64,000 bases of DNA from positions 64,542,001 through 64,606,000 of the forward strand of contig NC_043000.1 of assembly GCF_006345805.1 (NCBI RefSeq), in the 5' to 3' direction. Below the pieces are notes generated by a model that searched no databases, had not been told where the DNA came from, and saw only the letters and a list, made by a program, of their open reading frames with translations. The position numbers and the translations under genes were made by a program. Every line of letters starts with the position of its first letter. Position 1 is the stretch's first letter. Source of the DNA: Octopus sinensis. Taxonomy: Eukaryota. Below, piece after piece: positions 1 through 11,528 of this stretch.

Positions 1-352
1 CCTTGTGGGTAGTAAAGAAATAGGTATTTCGTCTGCCGCTACGCTCTGAGTTCAAATTCCGCCGAGATTGACTTTACCTTTCATCCTTTCGGGGTCGATT
101 AAATAAGTACCAGTTACGCACTGGGGTCGATCTAATCGACTTAAACCGTTTGCCTGTCCTTCTTTGTCCCCTCTGTGTATAGCCCCTTGTGGGAAGTAAA
201 GAAACAGGTATTTCATCCGTCTTTACGTTCAGCGTACAAATTCCGCTGATCAGCTTCATCTTTTATCTTTTCCAGGGTTGGTAGAATAAGTATCAGTGGA
301 GCACGCAAATCAGGCCCCGCCCATCCCCAACAAAATTTCAGGCGTTGTGCCT
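1..352 (+). mobile_element. SINE family A multimer (5' end cut by window edge)
   Basis: Tail-I end joined to GGTATTTCGTCTGCC..GAGTTCAAATTCC (B-box) unit, repeated, ending in tail II (CAAAATTTCAGGCGTTGTGCCT). Same layout as 14247-14767 and 24502-25296. Confidence 0.8.
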
Positions 353-820
353 CCCGTAGTTTTAGTCAGTAAAGTTTGATTTGAGAAAAATGTAGCTGTT
401 ATTTCTAGCAGTCGAGCGATTTGGTAGAGGCACACTCATTGGTTCATAATATCAATATATTTTCCGAATCAGTAGAATTGTGTATGCATAAATAATCCTT
501 TCTACTATAGGCACAAGGCCTGCAATAGTTTCATAGGTCTGCATTTAGATAAAGCTATCTGTTCATTATATACATTAAATTATCTCACTTTTCCCCCATT
601 CCCTCCAGTAATATGAGGTCTGTCCAAAAAGAAACCAGAGACTTAGCTCTTCAATCACTCGGTACAAAATGTTCGCAACTGCATTCTAATAATAAACCAC
701 ATTACACCACATCAGTGAGTTGTTGAACTAAACGTGTTTGAATGAACGAGTATCTAGTGCACTTGGTGATTAGTTACACGTTAAACAGCGAAAGAATTGA
801 CATAATGTCGTATTTTTTAC

Positions 821-1066
821 CTCTTTTAATTGTTTCAGTCATTAGACTGCGGCCATGCTGGGGCACCGCCTTGGAGAATTTTTAATCGAATGAATCGAGC
901 ACAGTATTTTTTTTTAAAGCCTAGTACTTATTCTATCGGTTTCTTTTGCTGACCGGCTGAGTTACGGGGGCGTAAACACACCAACACGGGTTGTTAAGTA
1001 GTGGTGGTGGTGGGGACAAACACACACACACGGGGGCGCACACACAGATGTATATATATATATATA
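821..1066 (-). mobile_element. SINE family B, 3' half plus internal microsatellite
   Basis: TTGTTTCAGTCATTAGACTGCGGCCATGCTGGGGCACCGCC matches the tail of more than 10 other copies in the window. Confidence 0.8.
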
Positions 1067-1169
1067 TGGATCAGAACAGTTTGATTCGAATTCCGTGCTG
1101 CTTAAAGTTTCAAAGCCCATACCCAATAAATGTGCTGAGTGCCCTTCTTTCGTTTGTCCATTTAGCCAA

Positions 1170-2430
1170 GCACGCCTGTTTCAAATTGGGAAAACTTTTA
1201 CGGGAACCTTTTAATATTGCAAAAGGCCTGTGGAAAGCTAGCACAACAGACGACATTTACATTGCCGCGTAAAAATTGTTGTCTAACAATCTCTGAAATT
1301 TTTCAAGTAAGGGGTCTCTTGTTCGTGCCTTCTGATTTTAAGCACAATTTGAAGTGGCTTTGTTTTCAGCAAAGCTTAGGAACGAAAACCGAACCAAAAT
1401 ACAGCCACTTAGATGTTTGATCGTTTGAATGATGATGTAAACTTTTTGAAGTGTTAGAACAGATGATAAAACGTGTGTATTAGATAATGATGTCGAAACA
1501 AAACGGCAATCATCGCCGAGGATTGGATCATTGCCGCTGGGACCAAAATAAAGTACATGAAAATCATTCAGATGTGAAGGTGATTGGAATTGCGTCGTTC
1601 ATCGAGAGTCTGTTCCATGTGAGCAGACGATCAATAAAGACTTTCAATTGGGTGTTCTGTGGCGTTTGAGAGAGGTAATGCTAAGTAAGTTGGCCTGAGC
1701 CTCAGACAAACAAAATCTAGTTGCTGCACAAGGACAACAGGATCTTTACCTTTTGACCTACAGATTTAAAAAATAATTTTTTGTAACTAAACACTTTTAA
1801 ACTTCGGACACTGGTAGAATGTGTCATATAAAACATCTTTTACTCTTAGCATTTTTGAGAAAAACTTATATTTACGAAGTAATTTCACGTTAAAGTGACA
1901 AACGAAAAATACACTGCCGATAGTTGTTGTTGACAAACAACGGCAGTACTTTAATTCAGCTGAATACACGTCATTGATTGGTTGAAATTACCGAAAGAGG
2001 ACTACTTAAACGTGAAATTACTTCATAAATATAAGTTTTTCTCAAAAATGCTAAGAGTAAAAGATGTTTTATATGACACATTCTACCAGTATCCGAAGTT
2101 TGAAAGTGTTTAGTTACAAAAAATTATTTTAAAAATCTGTAGGTCAAAAGGTAAAGATCCGGACAACGGACAACGCACCTGCTCTTGAGTCACTCTTTGT
2201 CCGTGACTTTTTGGTAAAGCAAGAGACAACTCTTATCTCCCACCCATCCTCTCCGGATTTGGCCCCTGCAGCTGTTTTGGTCCAAAAGTGAAAATCCGCC
2301 ATGAAAGTCGCCGATTTCTGAGGACTGAAGAAATCGAAGTAAATTTGCTTCTACGCATTGCAGGAGGCTCTCCAAAACTGGAAAAAATGTTGCAAGATGT
2401 GTTTCAACAGTGGCAGGAACTATTTGAGGT
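1170..2430 (+). mobile_element. Degenerate mariner transposase relic, split by a MITE
   Basis: Frameshifted peptides CFKLGK, DVETKRQS, VKVIGIASF, QTINKDFQLGVLWRLRE, LLHKDNAPA, SPDLAPA, NWKKCCKMCFNSGRNYL occur in mariner order. Confidence 0.8.
1740..2160. mobile_element. MITE/foldback with ~150-bp terminal inverted repeats
   Basis: 1740-1892 is the near-perfect reverse complement of 2007-2160 (GGATCTTTACC...GGTAAAGATCC). Flanks GGACAACA / GGACAACG look like an 8-bp TSD. The spacer contains a small ACTGCC..GGCAGT hairpin. Confidence 0.85.
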
Positions 2431-2438
2431 ATGACATA

Positions 2439-2610
2439 TCTACGACAGGCCTCTTTCAGTTTCCATCGAACAAGTCTATTCAGAGAACTTGGGTCTGGTC
2501 AGCCCAGGTGTTATAAGTAGAAAACATTTGTCCAAGATACTGCACAATGGGATTGAATCCAAGTCTACACGGTTGGGAAGCAAGATTCTTAACCACACAG
2601 TCACGCCTAC
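2439..2610 (-). mobile_element. SINE family B, 5' half (tRNA-like head and core), diverged
   Basis: CTCTTTCAGTTTCC...GGGATTGAATCC...AACCACACAGTCACGCCT matches family B heads elsewhere in the window. Confidence 0.7.
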
Positions 2611-2769
2611 GTCTAGCTGACTTACGTATTTTCATATCTAACGTTTTAATTTTTAATTTTTGATTACTTTTTATTTCCTACGTGAAGTGTGTTAGTAAAT
2701 TTTATATTTGGATTCCAAAATATCACGAAATCAGATTGGAAACCACCACTGCTTTACCATCGTTAAGAA

Positions 2770-2785
2770 GATGATGATGATGATG

Positions 2786-2860
<75 letters not shown>

Positions 2861-2920
2861 TAATAATAATAATAATAATATATACATACATACATGCACA
2901 CACACACACACACATCTATC

Positions 2921-3002
<82 letters not shown>

Positions 3003-3037
3003 GCTATCTATCTATCTATCTATATATATCTATATCT

Positions 3038-3068
<31 letters not shown>

Positions 3069-3071
3069 TAT
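2770..3071. repeat. Compound microsatellite (GAT)n(AAT)n(TACA)n(CA)n(TCTA)n(TA)n
   Basis: Direct reading. Confidence 0.97.
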
Positions 3072-3505
3072 AAGGCAGATTAGATGATATCGTTCTAAAT
3101 ACATCGTTCCTAGAAATATTTTAAAAATAGGATGGCCATAGCTGGAATGCCTTTGATTGATTATAAGTCTGTTTCGCTCAAAGCCGAGTCGAAGCTAAAC
3201 AAACAAACATACGAATAATAAACAACAACGACAACAACAATAGCAACAGCAACATAGCAATAGTTATTATTAGACGCTGAAAGTTCATTAACAAAATAAA
3301 TTAACAAACAATACTTTTCGTCAGAACTTCATTACAAAAGCTCAACTAGAGTTTTACAGCGTTACCACCAAGTCGCTATATTGAGTTACAACTATTTCAG
3401 AACTGTTGCACTATTGTTGATGTAGAAAAAAGATCTCTTTTTACATGTTTTCTGCTGTGTTCATGCAGTAAAGTATAACCGATGAGAGGTGGTGACGAAG
3501 ATCAG

Positions 3506-3990
3506 TCTCTCTCTCTCTCTCTCTCTCTCCCATTCTCTCTCTTCTTTTCACCTCCTCCTCTTCCTTCATCATTATCATCATCATCATCATCATCATCATC
3601 ATCTTCTTCTTCTTCTTCTTCCCATCACCTCCTCCCCTACATACCTGCACCAACACCAGCGTAGCCCAGCATCAGCGTCACCAGTTCCGCCGCTGCCACC
3701 ACCACCACCACCACCACCACACCACCACCACCACTGCCGCCGCCGCCGCCGCCGCCGCCTCCACCACCACCACCGCCGCCACCGCCGCCACCGCCGCCGC
3801 CTCCACCACCACCGCCATCGCCAACGCCGCAATCATCACCACCACCACCACCACCACCACCACCGCCACCACCACCACCGCCACCACCACCACCACCGCC
3901 GCCGCCGCCGCCACCACCACCACCACACCACCACCACCACCACCGCCGCCGTCGCCGCAGCCACCACCACCACCACCACTATTACCACTA
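3506..3990. repeat. Low-complexity tract (CT)n,(CAT)n,(CTT)n,(CCA/CCG)n
   Basis: Direct reading. Register shifts inside the CCA/CCG tract argue against coding. Confidence 0.9.
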
Positions 3991-4990
3991 ACATGACAAA
4001 TTATTTAGGCGAGGTTCTCTATGTGGTCGCTAGTAACAGTTGTCAAATCTCCCTAACGCACCCTGTTGCATAATGTAGTCTGAAAAAGAAGCCGCCAGAT
4101 GGTCACAGTTTGAATAAATTTGATCGTAGGTGTTCTCGTTGCAGTATCATTTTTTTTTCTTACAGTGTGAATGTAGCGGCCACCAATGTTTGTTTGAAAA
4201 TGTTAACTCCAGGTCTGCTGTCATTCAGTAAATCTTCTATGATCGAAGGATTTCCAGCTGTGACCATTATACTTTGTTTTGTGTCAAGAATAGTATATAT
4301 GGGGCTATATTATTCAATATATCCTTCCTTTATTACAGACGGTCGCGTATGATTTGACGGAAAATTTACTACTATTTCTAGCATGTCGAACAACCACGTA
4401 GAAGCACCCGTCTTAAAGGATTAAGCACTCACCATAATACCTATACTACCTACATTTTGGTTTACCATTTGCTACAAATATTTTTTATCGTTGCGTGTTT
4501 TATTACGTCTTCTTTGCTGTGTGCGTTTTATGAGAATGCCATCTTTCGCTGTGTGTGTTATTAAAAGCTTTTTTTTCTTCTTTTCTACTAAACGTGTTTG
4601 ATAAGGTCTTCTCTCGCAGTGTGTGTTTATAAACTACTTTCTGGTAATATTTTGCGTTTTATAAGGTCTTTTTTTGCTGAGTGCATTTCTATGAGACCTG
4701 CTTCTGTAGTCACTGGCTTACCTTCAGAGGATATGATACTGAGCGATACAATTCAGACATCCCCAGCATTACGAACGCGTTCTGTACCAGAAAATCTTAG
4801 CGTAACGTGGAATGCCGTAATACGCAACGTATTTCTTTATTGGCTTCTGTGTTCATTGATTTAAACAGAGCATTGTCTGTGTGGTCGCAATGAATGTATA
4901 GCATACGTTAGGTTGATTAACCAAGTGAATTGAGCTAACAAGTAGGACTGGCTGAAGATACTGTCAACTCGAGTAGTCGGCCAGGATGCG

Positions 4991-5500
4991 AAATTTTTCC
5001 CACCAGAGTTCCGGACCCCAGTAATAAACTCGTTTGCAGTGATCTTGTTGTAAAGTTAACACACTCTACCAAGTAAACCCAAGACGAAGATCGATGTTGT
5101 AAGTCAACCGATCATCAAGTTATGCCTGATTTTAGGAGACAAGTAATTAGATATTTTGCATCTATACCTATCATCGGATTTTGTTAGGGCCCCATATGGT
5201 AAAGATGTGATGGGGAAAATGTGGGTAGAAGGTGATGTGCTAGCAACCCACTCCCCTTACTGTTTTACAAAGTAAATAACACAAATAACTACGCAGAGGC
5301 AGCCATGGTTGAAACAAGAACAAGAACAACAAGCTTTATCAAAAGAGAAAAGAAGCATGGTCATTCTTTAACCAAGTGACCTTATCTTATCACCTATCAC
5401 TTGTTATGCGCTCATAAATTAGTTTGATAGTTGAGCTCTGATTGGCTGTGTGCAAATGAGTGCGTAACTGGGGTCCGGAATTCTCGTGGGAAAAAAATTC
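4991..5500. mobile_element. MITE-like element with ~50-bp imperfect TIRs
   Basis: AATTTTTCCCACCAGAGTTCCGGACCCCAG at left pairs with CTGGGGTCCGGAATTCTCGTGGGAAAAAAATT at right. A second partial copy lies at 29634-29920. Confidence 0.65.
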
Positions 5501-5689
5501 ACGGGCGGGGCACAGTGTGCTAGAGCTGGGGTCCCAACTTTTCTCGTTTCATTTATTCCTTGGCAACTTCGGAAAGTTAATTTACTCCCACTCAGTAATT
5601 TGAATTCATAATTTAATGATTATAAAACAACCGACAAAGCGAACATTTAAAAAAGTATTTTTTAAAGATTATTTAGTGCAAATAAAACA

Positions 5690-6885
5690 ACGGTTTCAAA
5701 TTTTGGCACACCAGAAAGAAGAAGGGATTAATCAATTACATCAATTCCAGTGCGCCACTGGTGCTTCTTTTGTCAACTCCGAAAGGATGAAAGGCAAAGT
5801 AGATCTCGGCGACATTTAAACTCAGAACGCAAAGACAGACGAAATGCCGCTAAGAAATTCATCCGGCGTGCTAACTTTTGCTAGCTCGTCGCCTTAATAA
5901 TAATAATAATTGTAATAATAAGGTTATCAAATTTTTTCACAGGGGCAGCGATTTTAGGGGAGGAGACGAGTCGATTACATCGACCCCAGCTTCAACTGGT
6001 ACTTATTTTAACAACCTCAAAAGGATGGAAGGCAAAGTCAACCTCGACGGAATTTGAACTCAGGATGTATGGAAGAACGAGATGCTGCTAAGCATTTTAC
6101 CGCTAACAATTCTGCCGCCTAAATAATAATAATGATCCTTTCTACAATAGGCATAAGGCCTGAAATTTTGGGGGAGGGGGCTAGTCGATTATATTGATCC
6201 CAGTGCTCAACGGGCACATACTTCATCGATCCCAGAAAGATGAAAGGCAAAGCCAATCTTGGCGGCATTTGAATCCAGAACGTAAAGCCGGAATAAATGC
6301 CGCTAGGCATTTTGTCCGGCGTGCTTACGTTTCTGCCATTCAAAGTTTGGTACATGGCCATCAATTTTAAGGAAGGGGACAAATCGATTGCATCGATAAC
6401 GATATTCAACTAGTACTTATTTTATTCCTTTCTACTCTAGGCACAAGGCCCGAAATTTTGGGGGAGGGGACCACTCGATTAGATCGACCTAGTATGCAAC
6501 TGGTACTTAATTTATCGACCCTGAAAAAATGAAAGGCAAAGTCGACCTCGGCGGAATTTGAACTCAGAACGTAAAGACACACGAAATACCCATTTCTTTA
6601 CTACCCACAAGGGGCTAAACAAGGACAGACAAACGGATTAAGTCGATTATATCGACCCAGTGCGTAACTGTTACTTATTTAATCGACCCCGAAAGGATGA
6701 AAGGCACAGTTGACCTCGGCGGAATTTGAACTCAGAACGTAACGGCAGACGAAATACGACTACGCATTTCGCCCGGCGTGCTAACGTTTCTGCCAGCTCG
6801 CTGCCTTAGTACTTGTTTTATTGACCTTGAAAAAGTGAAAGGCAATGTCGACCTCGGTGGAATTTGAATCCAGAACATTAAGAAT
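5690..6885 (-). mobile_element. Cluster of about six family A SINE units, tandem and nested, all on the minus strand
   Basis: Repeated GAAAGGATGAAAGGCAAAGTCGACCTCGGCGGAATTTGAACTCAGAACG units. A dimer at 6427-6806 is flanked by a TSD (6411-6426 / 6807-6822). Confidence 0.85.
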
Positions 6886-7069
6886 CATTCCATCAGCTCA
6901 CTGCATTAATTCAAGTTCTAATTATAATAACAATAGAATTAACACATTTCTGAACTAATGAGGAACAGATAACATCACTAAACACAGTCATCTGAATTAA
7001 ACTACTCCATTAGTAACAACAAGATTGTTAAGATTGTTAAACTCAAAGTACCACAATCGAAGAAAATAA

Positions 7070-7283
7070 ACCTTTCTAATAGAGACACAAGGGTTGATAT
7101 TTTGGTGGAGAAGACAAGTCGATTACATCGACCCCAGGGCTCAACAGGTACTTATTTTATCGACACTGAAAGGATGGAAGACAAAGGTCGACCTTGACGG
7201 TATTTGAACTCAGAACGTAAAGACAGACAAAATGTCGCTACGCATTTTGTTTAGCATGCTAACGATTCTGCCAGCTTGCGGCA
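7070..7283 (-). mobile_element. SINE family A monomer
   Basis: Tail II, B-box (GGTATTTGAACTCAG) and A-box head all present. Confidence 0.8.
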
Positions 7284-7549
7284 ACGCAAAATAAAAATAA
7301 TAACAATAACTATACAAAATTAGTATGTTTTTTCCCCCATTAAATTGGCCTACATCAAATTTTCTTCACGACTTCAGATTTTTTCTGAATGATAAACTTT
7401 TTTTTTAAAAAAAAGAAGGTGCAGGCGTAGCTGTGTAGTAAGAAGCTTGCTTCCCGCGCATGCGTCGGTCTATTCACTGTGTTGATTTTTGACGAGTCGG
7501 ACGGAATTTTTTGTGCTGCTTGGCAGCGGATGTTTAACTAGTAAAGACA

Positions 7550-7993
7550 ATGTATTCAGACCTTAGCGAGTATGAGCTGTCCTCTGCGGAGGAGGAGCTC
7601 GTTAAGGCGGTAAATAGAATGGACGAGCATTTGGAAAGAGTAAAGAGTTTTGCTGAGGCTGCAGAGGTGAAGAAAAGGGAGGTGGACCTGGCCGGACTGA
7701 ATGAGCTGAGTAAGATAACACAGAAGAGGGACAGTGACGTAAAGTTATTACCCCCGCAAAGGGTAATGGAAAGTATGGAAAAGAAGACCATTACCTACAA
7801 GGTGTACTCAGTAGAGAGTAGGAAGGTGGAATGGATGGAGATGGAAAAAGTAGAAAAAGCATTGAAGGGGCTTTCGAAGGAAGTGACATATAGCGAAAGG
7901 ATAGGGATACAGGACGGTGGTTGTCCAGTTCAGGAGAGCGGAGGAGGCAAAGAGGCTGGCGAGTGCAACTGTAAAAACGGAGGAAGTGACTGA
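7550..7993 (+). pseudogene. Non-LTR retrotransposon ORF1-like N-terminal fragment (L1/Tx1-type), with putative 5' UTR from 7458
   Basis: 147-aa ORF with coiled-coil-like start. After a frameshift it reads YRTVVVQFRRAEEAKRLASATVKTEEV (RRM-like). It is homologous to the minus-strand fragment at 8020-8276. Clade assignment is inference. Confidence 0.55.
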
Positions 7994-8019
7994 AACAAGT
8001 AAAAGAATAAAGGCAAATG

Positions 8020-8276
8020 CAAAATAAGCAAGTCGGTAGCAGCGTCCACTGTGCCGATCTCAAAGGCACAGTGGAGCACCTTCTCGCTTCCTCCCCATTC
8101 ACGAAGCGCACCTCCACTGTGCCGCACTTCCTTCCTCCAGTGTGACACGTCGCTACGTTCCTAACTTCTCTCAGGCACCCCTCGACCGCCGCTACTTCCA
8201 CCCTTTTCGTTGCAATATTCAATGTTCCGCACAGAACTGTTACCCTCTCTACCCCTTCCAACACCTCCTTGGGCAA
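8020..8276 (-). pseudogene. Second, diverged ORF1-like fragment, convergent with 7550-7993
   Basis: [63 protein letters not shown] aligns by eye with PQRVMESMEKKTI..RKVEWMEMEKVEKAL..YRTVVVQFRRAEEAKRLASATVKTEEVT. Confidence 0.55.
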
Positions 8277-8356
8277 GTGCCTTCTACTAAAGCCTCAGGC
8301 AGACCAAAGCATTGTGAGTGATTTGGTAGGCGGAAACTGAAGGGAAGTCCGTCATA

Positions 8357-8400
<44 letters not shown>

Positions 8401-8418
8401 TATATATATATATAATAA

Positions 8419-8457
<39 letters not shown>

Positions 8458-8512
8458 GTATATATATATATGTATATATATATATGTATATATATATAAA
8501 GTTGTATATATG

Positions 8513-8545
<33 letters not shown>

Positions 8546-8966
8546 ATACGTTTGTGTGTCTGTGTTTGTTCCCCCAACATCGCTTGACAACCGATGCTGT
8601 GTGTTTACGTCCCCGTAACTTAGCAGTTCGGCAAAATAGTCCGATGGAATAAGTACTAGGCTTACAAAGAATGAATCCTGGGGTCGATTTGTTCAACTAA
8701 AGGTGGTGCTCCAGCATGGCCACAGTCAAATGACTGAAACAAATAAAAGAGTAAATCCCAAGCAACAACAATCTAACAATTCAACAAATAACAGCTAAAC
8801 AACAACAGCACCCACACAGAACGCACACACCTCCAACTCAACTGACTCAAATAAAACACCAACGACAACGCCAACGTCCTCTCAACGATCAGCCAGAGAT
8901 GATATTTAAAAGGAGGATATCTGAAATAAACTTGACTGCTCTCACAAACAAGAATACTAAAAATGA

Positions 8967-9203
8967 ACCCGACCGCTCTCAAAATTTAAGTTAAAAAAAA
9001 AAAAAACCGGAAAAATAATCCAAAATCCTTTTCCAGTACCGGATCGATTCCAAAATCTAACCAGTTCGTGCCAGTCACGAGGCCAAACATTTCTGAGAGT
9101 TTCTTCCAAATCCATCCAGCAGTTCTTGAGACATCGTGTCCACGGACAAACAAACAAACACGACTGAAAACAATACCTCCGCCTTAGAGGGCGGAGACAA
9201 TAA
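8967..9203. mobile_element. Non-autonomous element with (CAAA)n and terminal CTCCGCC/GGCGGAG hairpin (Helentron/HINE-like)
   Basis: ACAAACAAACAAACACGACTGAAAACAATACCTCCGCCTTAGAGGGCGGAG. Architecture recalled from invertebrate non-autonomous elements; classification uncertain. Confidence 0.4.
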
Positions 9204-9207
9204 AAGT

Positions 9208-9910
9208 AATAGGTATCTTTCGATAAATGTAGACGGATAATGAAAGCATTTGTTCGGCAATTTCCGTGTGTGTGTGTGTGTGTGTGTGTACGATGGGCTT
9301 TTAATTTTTTTTCAGCTGAAATGCTTATGTTTATGTATTTTTTTGTATGTATTATGTGTTTGTGCTTATATAAGTGTATATATTTGTTCAAGTACTGTAT
9401 TTATGTATTTTTTGTGGATATACATATATATGTATTTATTTACGTGCGTGTGTCTTTGTGTCTGTGTTTGACCCCACGCCGTCACTTGACAACTGATGTT
9501 GATGTGTTTAAATCCACTAAACCAGCGGTTCGGCAAAAGAGATCGATTGAATAAGTGACTATGCTTACAAAGAATAACTCTTGGGGCCAATTTCTTCGAC
9601 TAAAAAACCCAGCATGACTGCAGTCAAATGACTGAAAAAAGTAAAAGAATAAAAAGAAATATGTGTTTATGTTAGTGTATGTATATTTGTATATGTGTGT
9701 GTATACCCAAATACACATGCATATACAGTATTTACAAAAATATTCATACATACATACATACATACATACATACAAACACATAGTAAATACACAAAAAGTA
9801 ATTTAAAAAAAAAAAACGATTCAGCTGAAAAACTTTAAGAAATAAAAATTTTTACGGAAATTGCCGAACAGATACTTTCATTGATCGTCTACCTTTATCG
9901 AAAGATAGCC
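9208..9910. mobile_element. MITE with ~57-bp TIRs, interrupted by a SINE-B tail and microsatellites
   Basis: GGTATCTTTCGATAAATGTAGACG..GTTCGGCAATTTCCGT pairs with ACGGAAATTGCCGAAC..CGTCTACCTTTATCGAAAGATAGCC. Confidence 0.7.
9445..9657 (+). mobile_element. SINE family B 3' half
   Basis: CTTGACAACTGATG..CGGTTCGGCAAAAGAG..CAGTCAAATGACTGAAAAAAGTAAAAGAAT. Confidence 0.8.
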
Positions 9911-10311
9911 AAAACTAAATAGAAAAGAAAGTCCTCGCAGTTAGTTACATGTACAGGAAATCGACCTCTCATTCTCTCTGTGTTATAGTTAACGAAAGTA
10001 ATTGAAACTTGATATTTTGCTTGAATTGATCTCTTTCTTTTGTTAGGCGTAATTAATATTTTCTTCCCATATTCAAAGTTTTTCCTCCGTGTAACGCCGA
10101 AATACGATCAGTCCTGCTGACGAAGTAAAATAATTTCATTGATTAAAAACAATGATTGTAAATTTACGCATTGGGGTGAGAAATCTGTGTTGAGCAATGT
10201 GTTTGATATAGTAAGTGTTGAACTAATAAAGTTACGGGTCATGGTTGGAATATTAAGAGGGTTATCGATTGATGTCGTAAACCTCGATAATTTCAAACAC
10301 CTTTTATCTCT

Positions 10312-10758
10312 CCTTTTGTTTGTTTCAGTCATTGGACTGCAGCCATGCTGGGGCACTGTCTTGAACAATTTGTTTTAGTCAAATGAATTCACCCCAGTAT
10401 TTATTTTATTTTATTTATTTTATTTGCTAAGCCTGTCACTTATTCCGTCGGTCTCTTTTGCCGAATCGCTAAGTTACGGGGTCGTAGACACACGAACACC
10501 GGTTGTCAACGGTGGTGGGAGACAAACGAAGACACAAAGACATATTCTTTCATTCTTTTACATGTTTCCGCTCTTACCGACCGCCCCCTCCCTAGCTACG
10601 TTAGTGTCTTTTAATTTCCGTCTACTAATTCCACTCAAAGCTTTGGTCAACCTGAAGCTATGATAGAAGACATTTTGCTCAAGGTGCCACGCAGTGGAGA
10701 CTGAGCCCAGAATCATGATGGGAAGCAAACTTCTTATCATACAGCCACGCCAGCGCCC
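10312..10758 (-). mobile_element. SINE family B, near full length
   Basis: Tail, core (AAGGTGCCACGCAGTGG) and head (CATACAGCCACGCC) in order. Confidence 0.8.
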
Positions 10759-11365
10759 CAAGAAAGTGGATCAGCCGCAGGATGCCGAAAACCGGAGTTG
10801 AATAAGGGATCTTTCGATCTACACTCTAACGTTCTCCCAACGGAGCTACTTTGGCTATACCGTGCAAAGTTAAAAAAATAAGGAATTCTGTCTTTTTACA
10901 GAAAACAAACGTATCTAGATTTTATTAGAATTTTATTAGAAAATTTTCATTGACGCAGACCCCAACTTTTATATTTTATTTGTGTCAGTCATTGGACTCT
11001 GGCCATGCTGGAGCTCCCGTCTTGAAGGGCTTAGTCGAACAAATCAACCTCCGGTACGTATTTAAAAAAAATCTGGTACTTATTCTTTCGGGCTAATTGT
11101 ACCGAACCGTTGGATTAATGGGACATAAACGAACCAACACCGGTTGTCAAGCGATTGTGGGACACATACACAAACAGAAAAACAAACACAACTGTGTATG
11201 TATGTATGTATTTATGTATGTATGTATGTATGTATGTATGTATGTATGTATGTATGTATGTATGTATGTATGTATGTATGTATGCATTATGTATGTATGT
11301 ACATACGTATATATGCGTGTGTGTGTATGTGTGTGTGTGTGTATTACTAGTGAAGGCCGGTTTAT

Positions 11366-11423
11366 AGGGTTACCCAGGGTTTCTCGTCATAAAGGGTAGC
11401 TTTATGGCGTATTTTCAGACCCT
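11366..11423 (-). ncRNA. Type I hammerhead ribozyme motif (core G-to-A mutated)
   Basis: Minus strand: AGGGT CTGAAAA TACGCCATAAAGCTACCCTTTATGACGA GAAA CCCTGGG TA ACCCT. Helix I AGGGT/ACCCT is perfect; helix III is ACC/GGT. Confidence 0.55.
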
Positions 11424-11470
11424 CAGACCTGTTGGCCTATGTCCTCTTCAAAATATTTAAGATAGGACTT

Positions 11471-11528
11471 AGGATCTGAAGATACGCCATAAAGGTACCC
11501 TTTATGATGAGAAACTCAGGGTAACCCT
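11471..11528 (+). ncRNA. Type I hammerhead ribozyme motif (both core boxes intact)
   Basis: AGGAT CTGAAGA TACGCCATAAAGGTACCCTTTATGATGA GAAA CTCAGGG TA ACCCT. Helix II contains CATAAAGG/CCTTTATG. One helix I mismatch and an irregular helix II base. Confidence 0.6.

Larger units (their letters stand above)
7417..8752 (+). mobile_element. SINE family B interrupted by an ~800-bp LINE-derived patch
   Basis: Head GCAGGCGTAGCTGTGTAGTAAGAAGCTTGCTTCCC (7417-7457). The core resumes at CCTTGGGCAAGTG (~8267), then (TA)n(TG)n and the tail to GAAACAAATAAAAGAG. Confidence 0.8.

Noticed and set aside
1740-2160. Checked this and the other long-TIR elements (4991, 9208, 34655) for hammerhead cores
   Set aside because: None found by eye, so they are kept as ordinary MITEs.
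3489-4073. 194-aa His/Arg/Thr/Pro-rich ORF and overlapping ORFs
   Set aside because: Trinucleotide repeats are stop-free in several frames, the register shifts within the tract, and there is no splice or domain support.
8249-8696. YI/HT/CV/MYVC-type ORFs here and throughout the window
   Set aside because: Translations of (TA)n, (CA)n and (TATG)n microsatellites.
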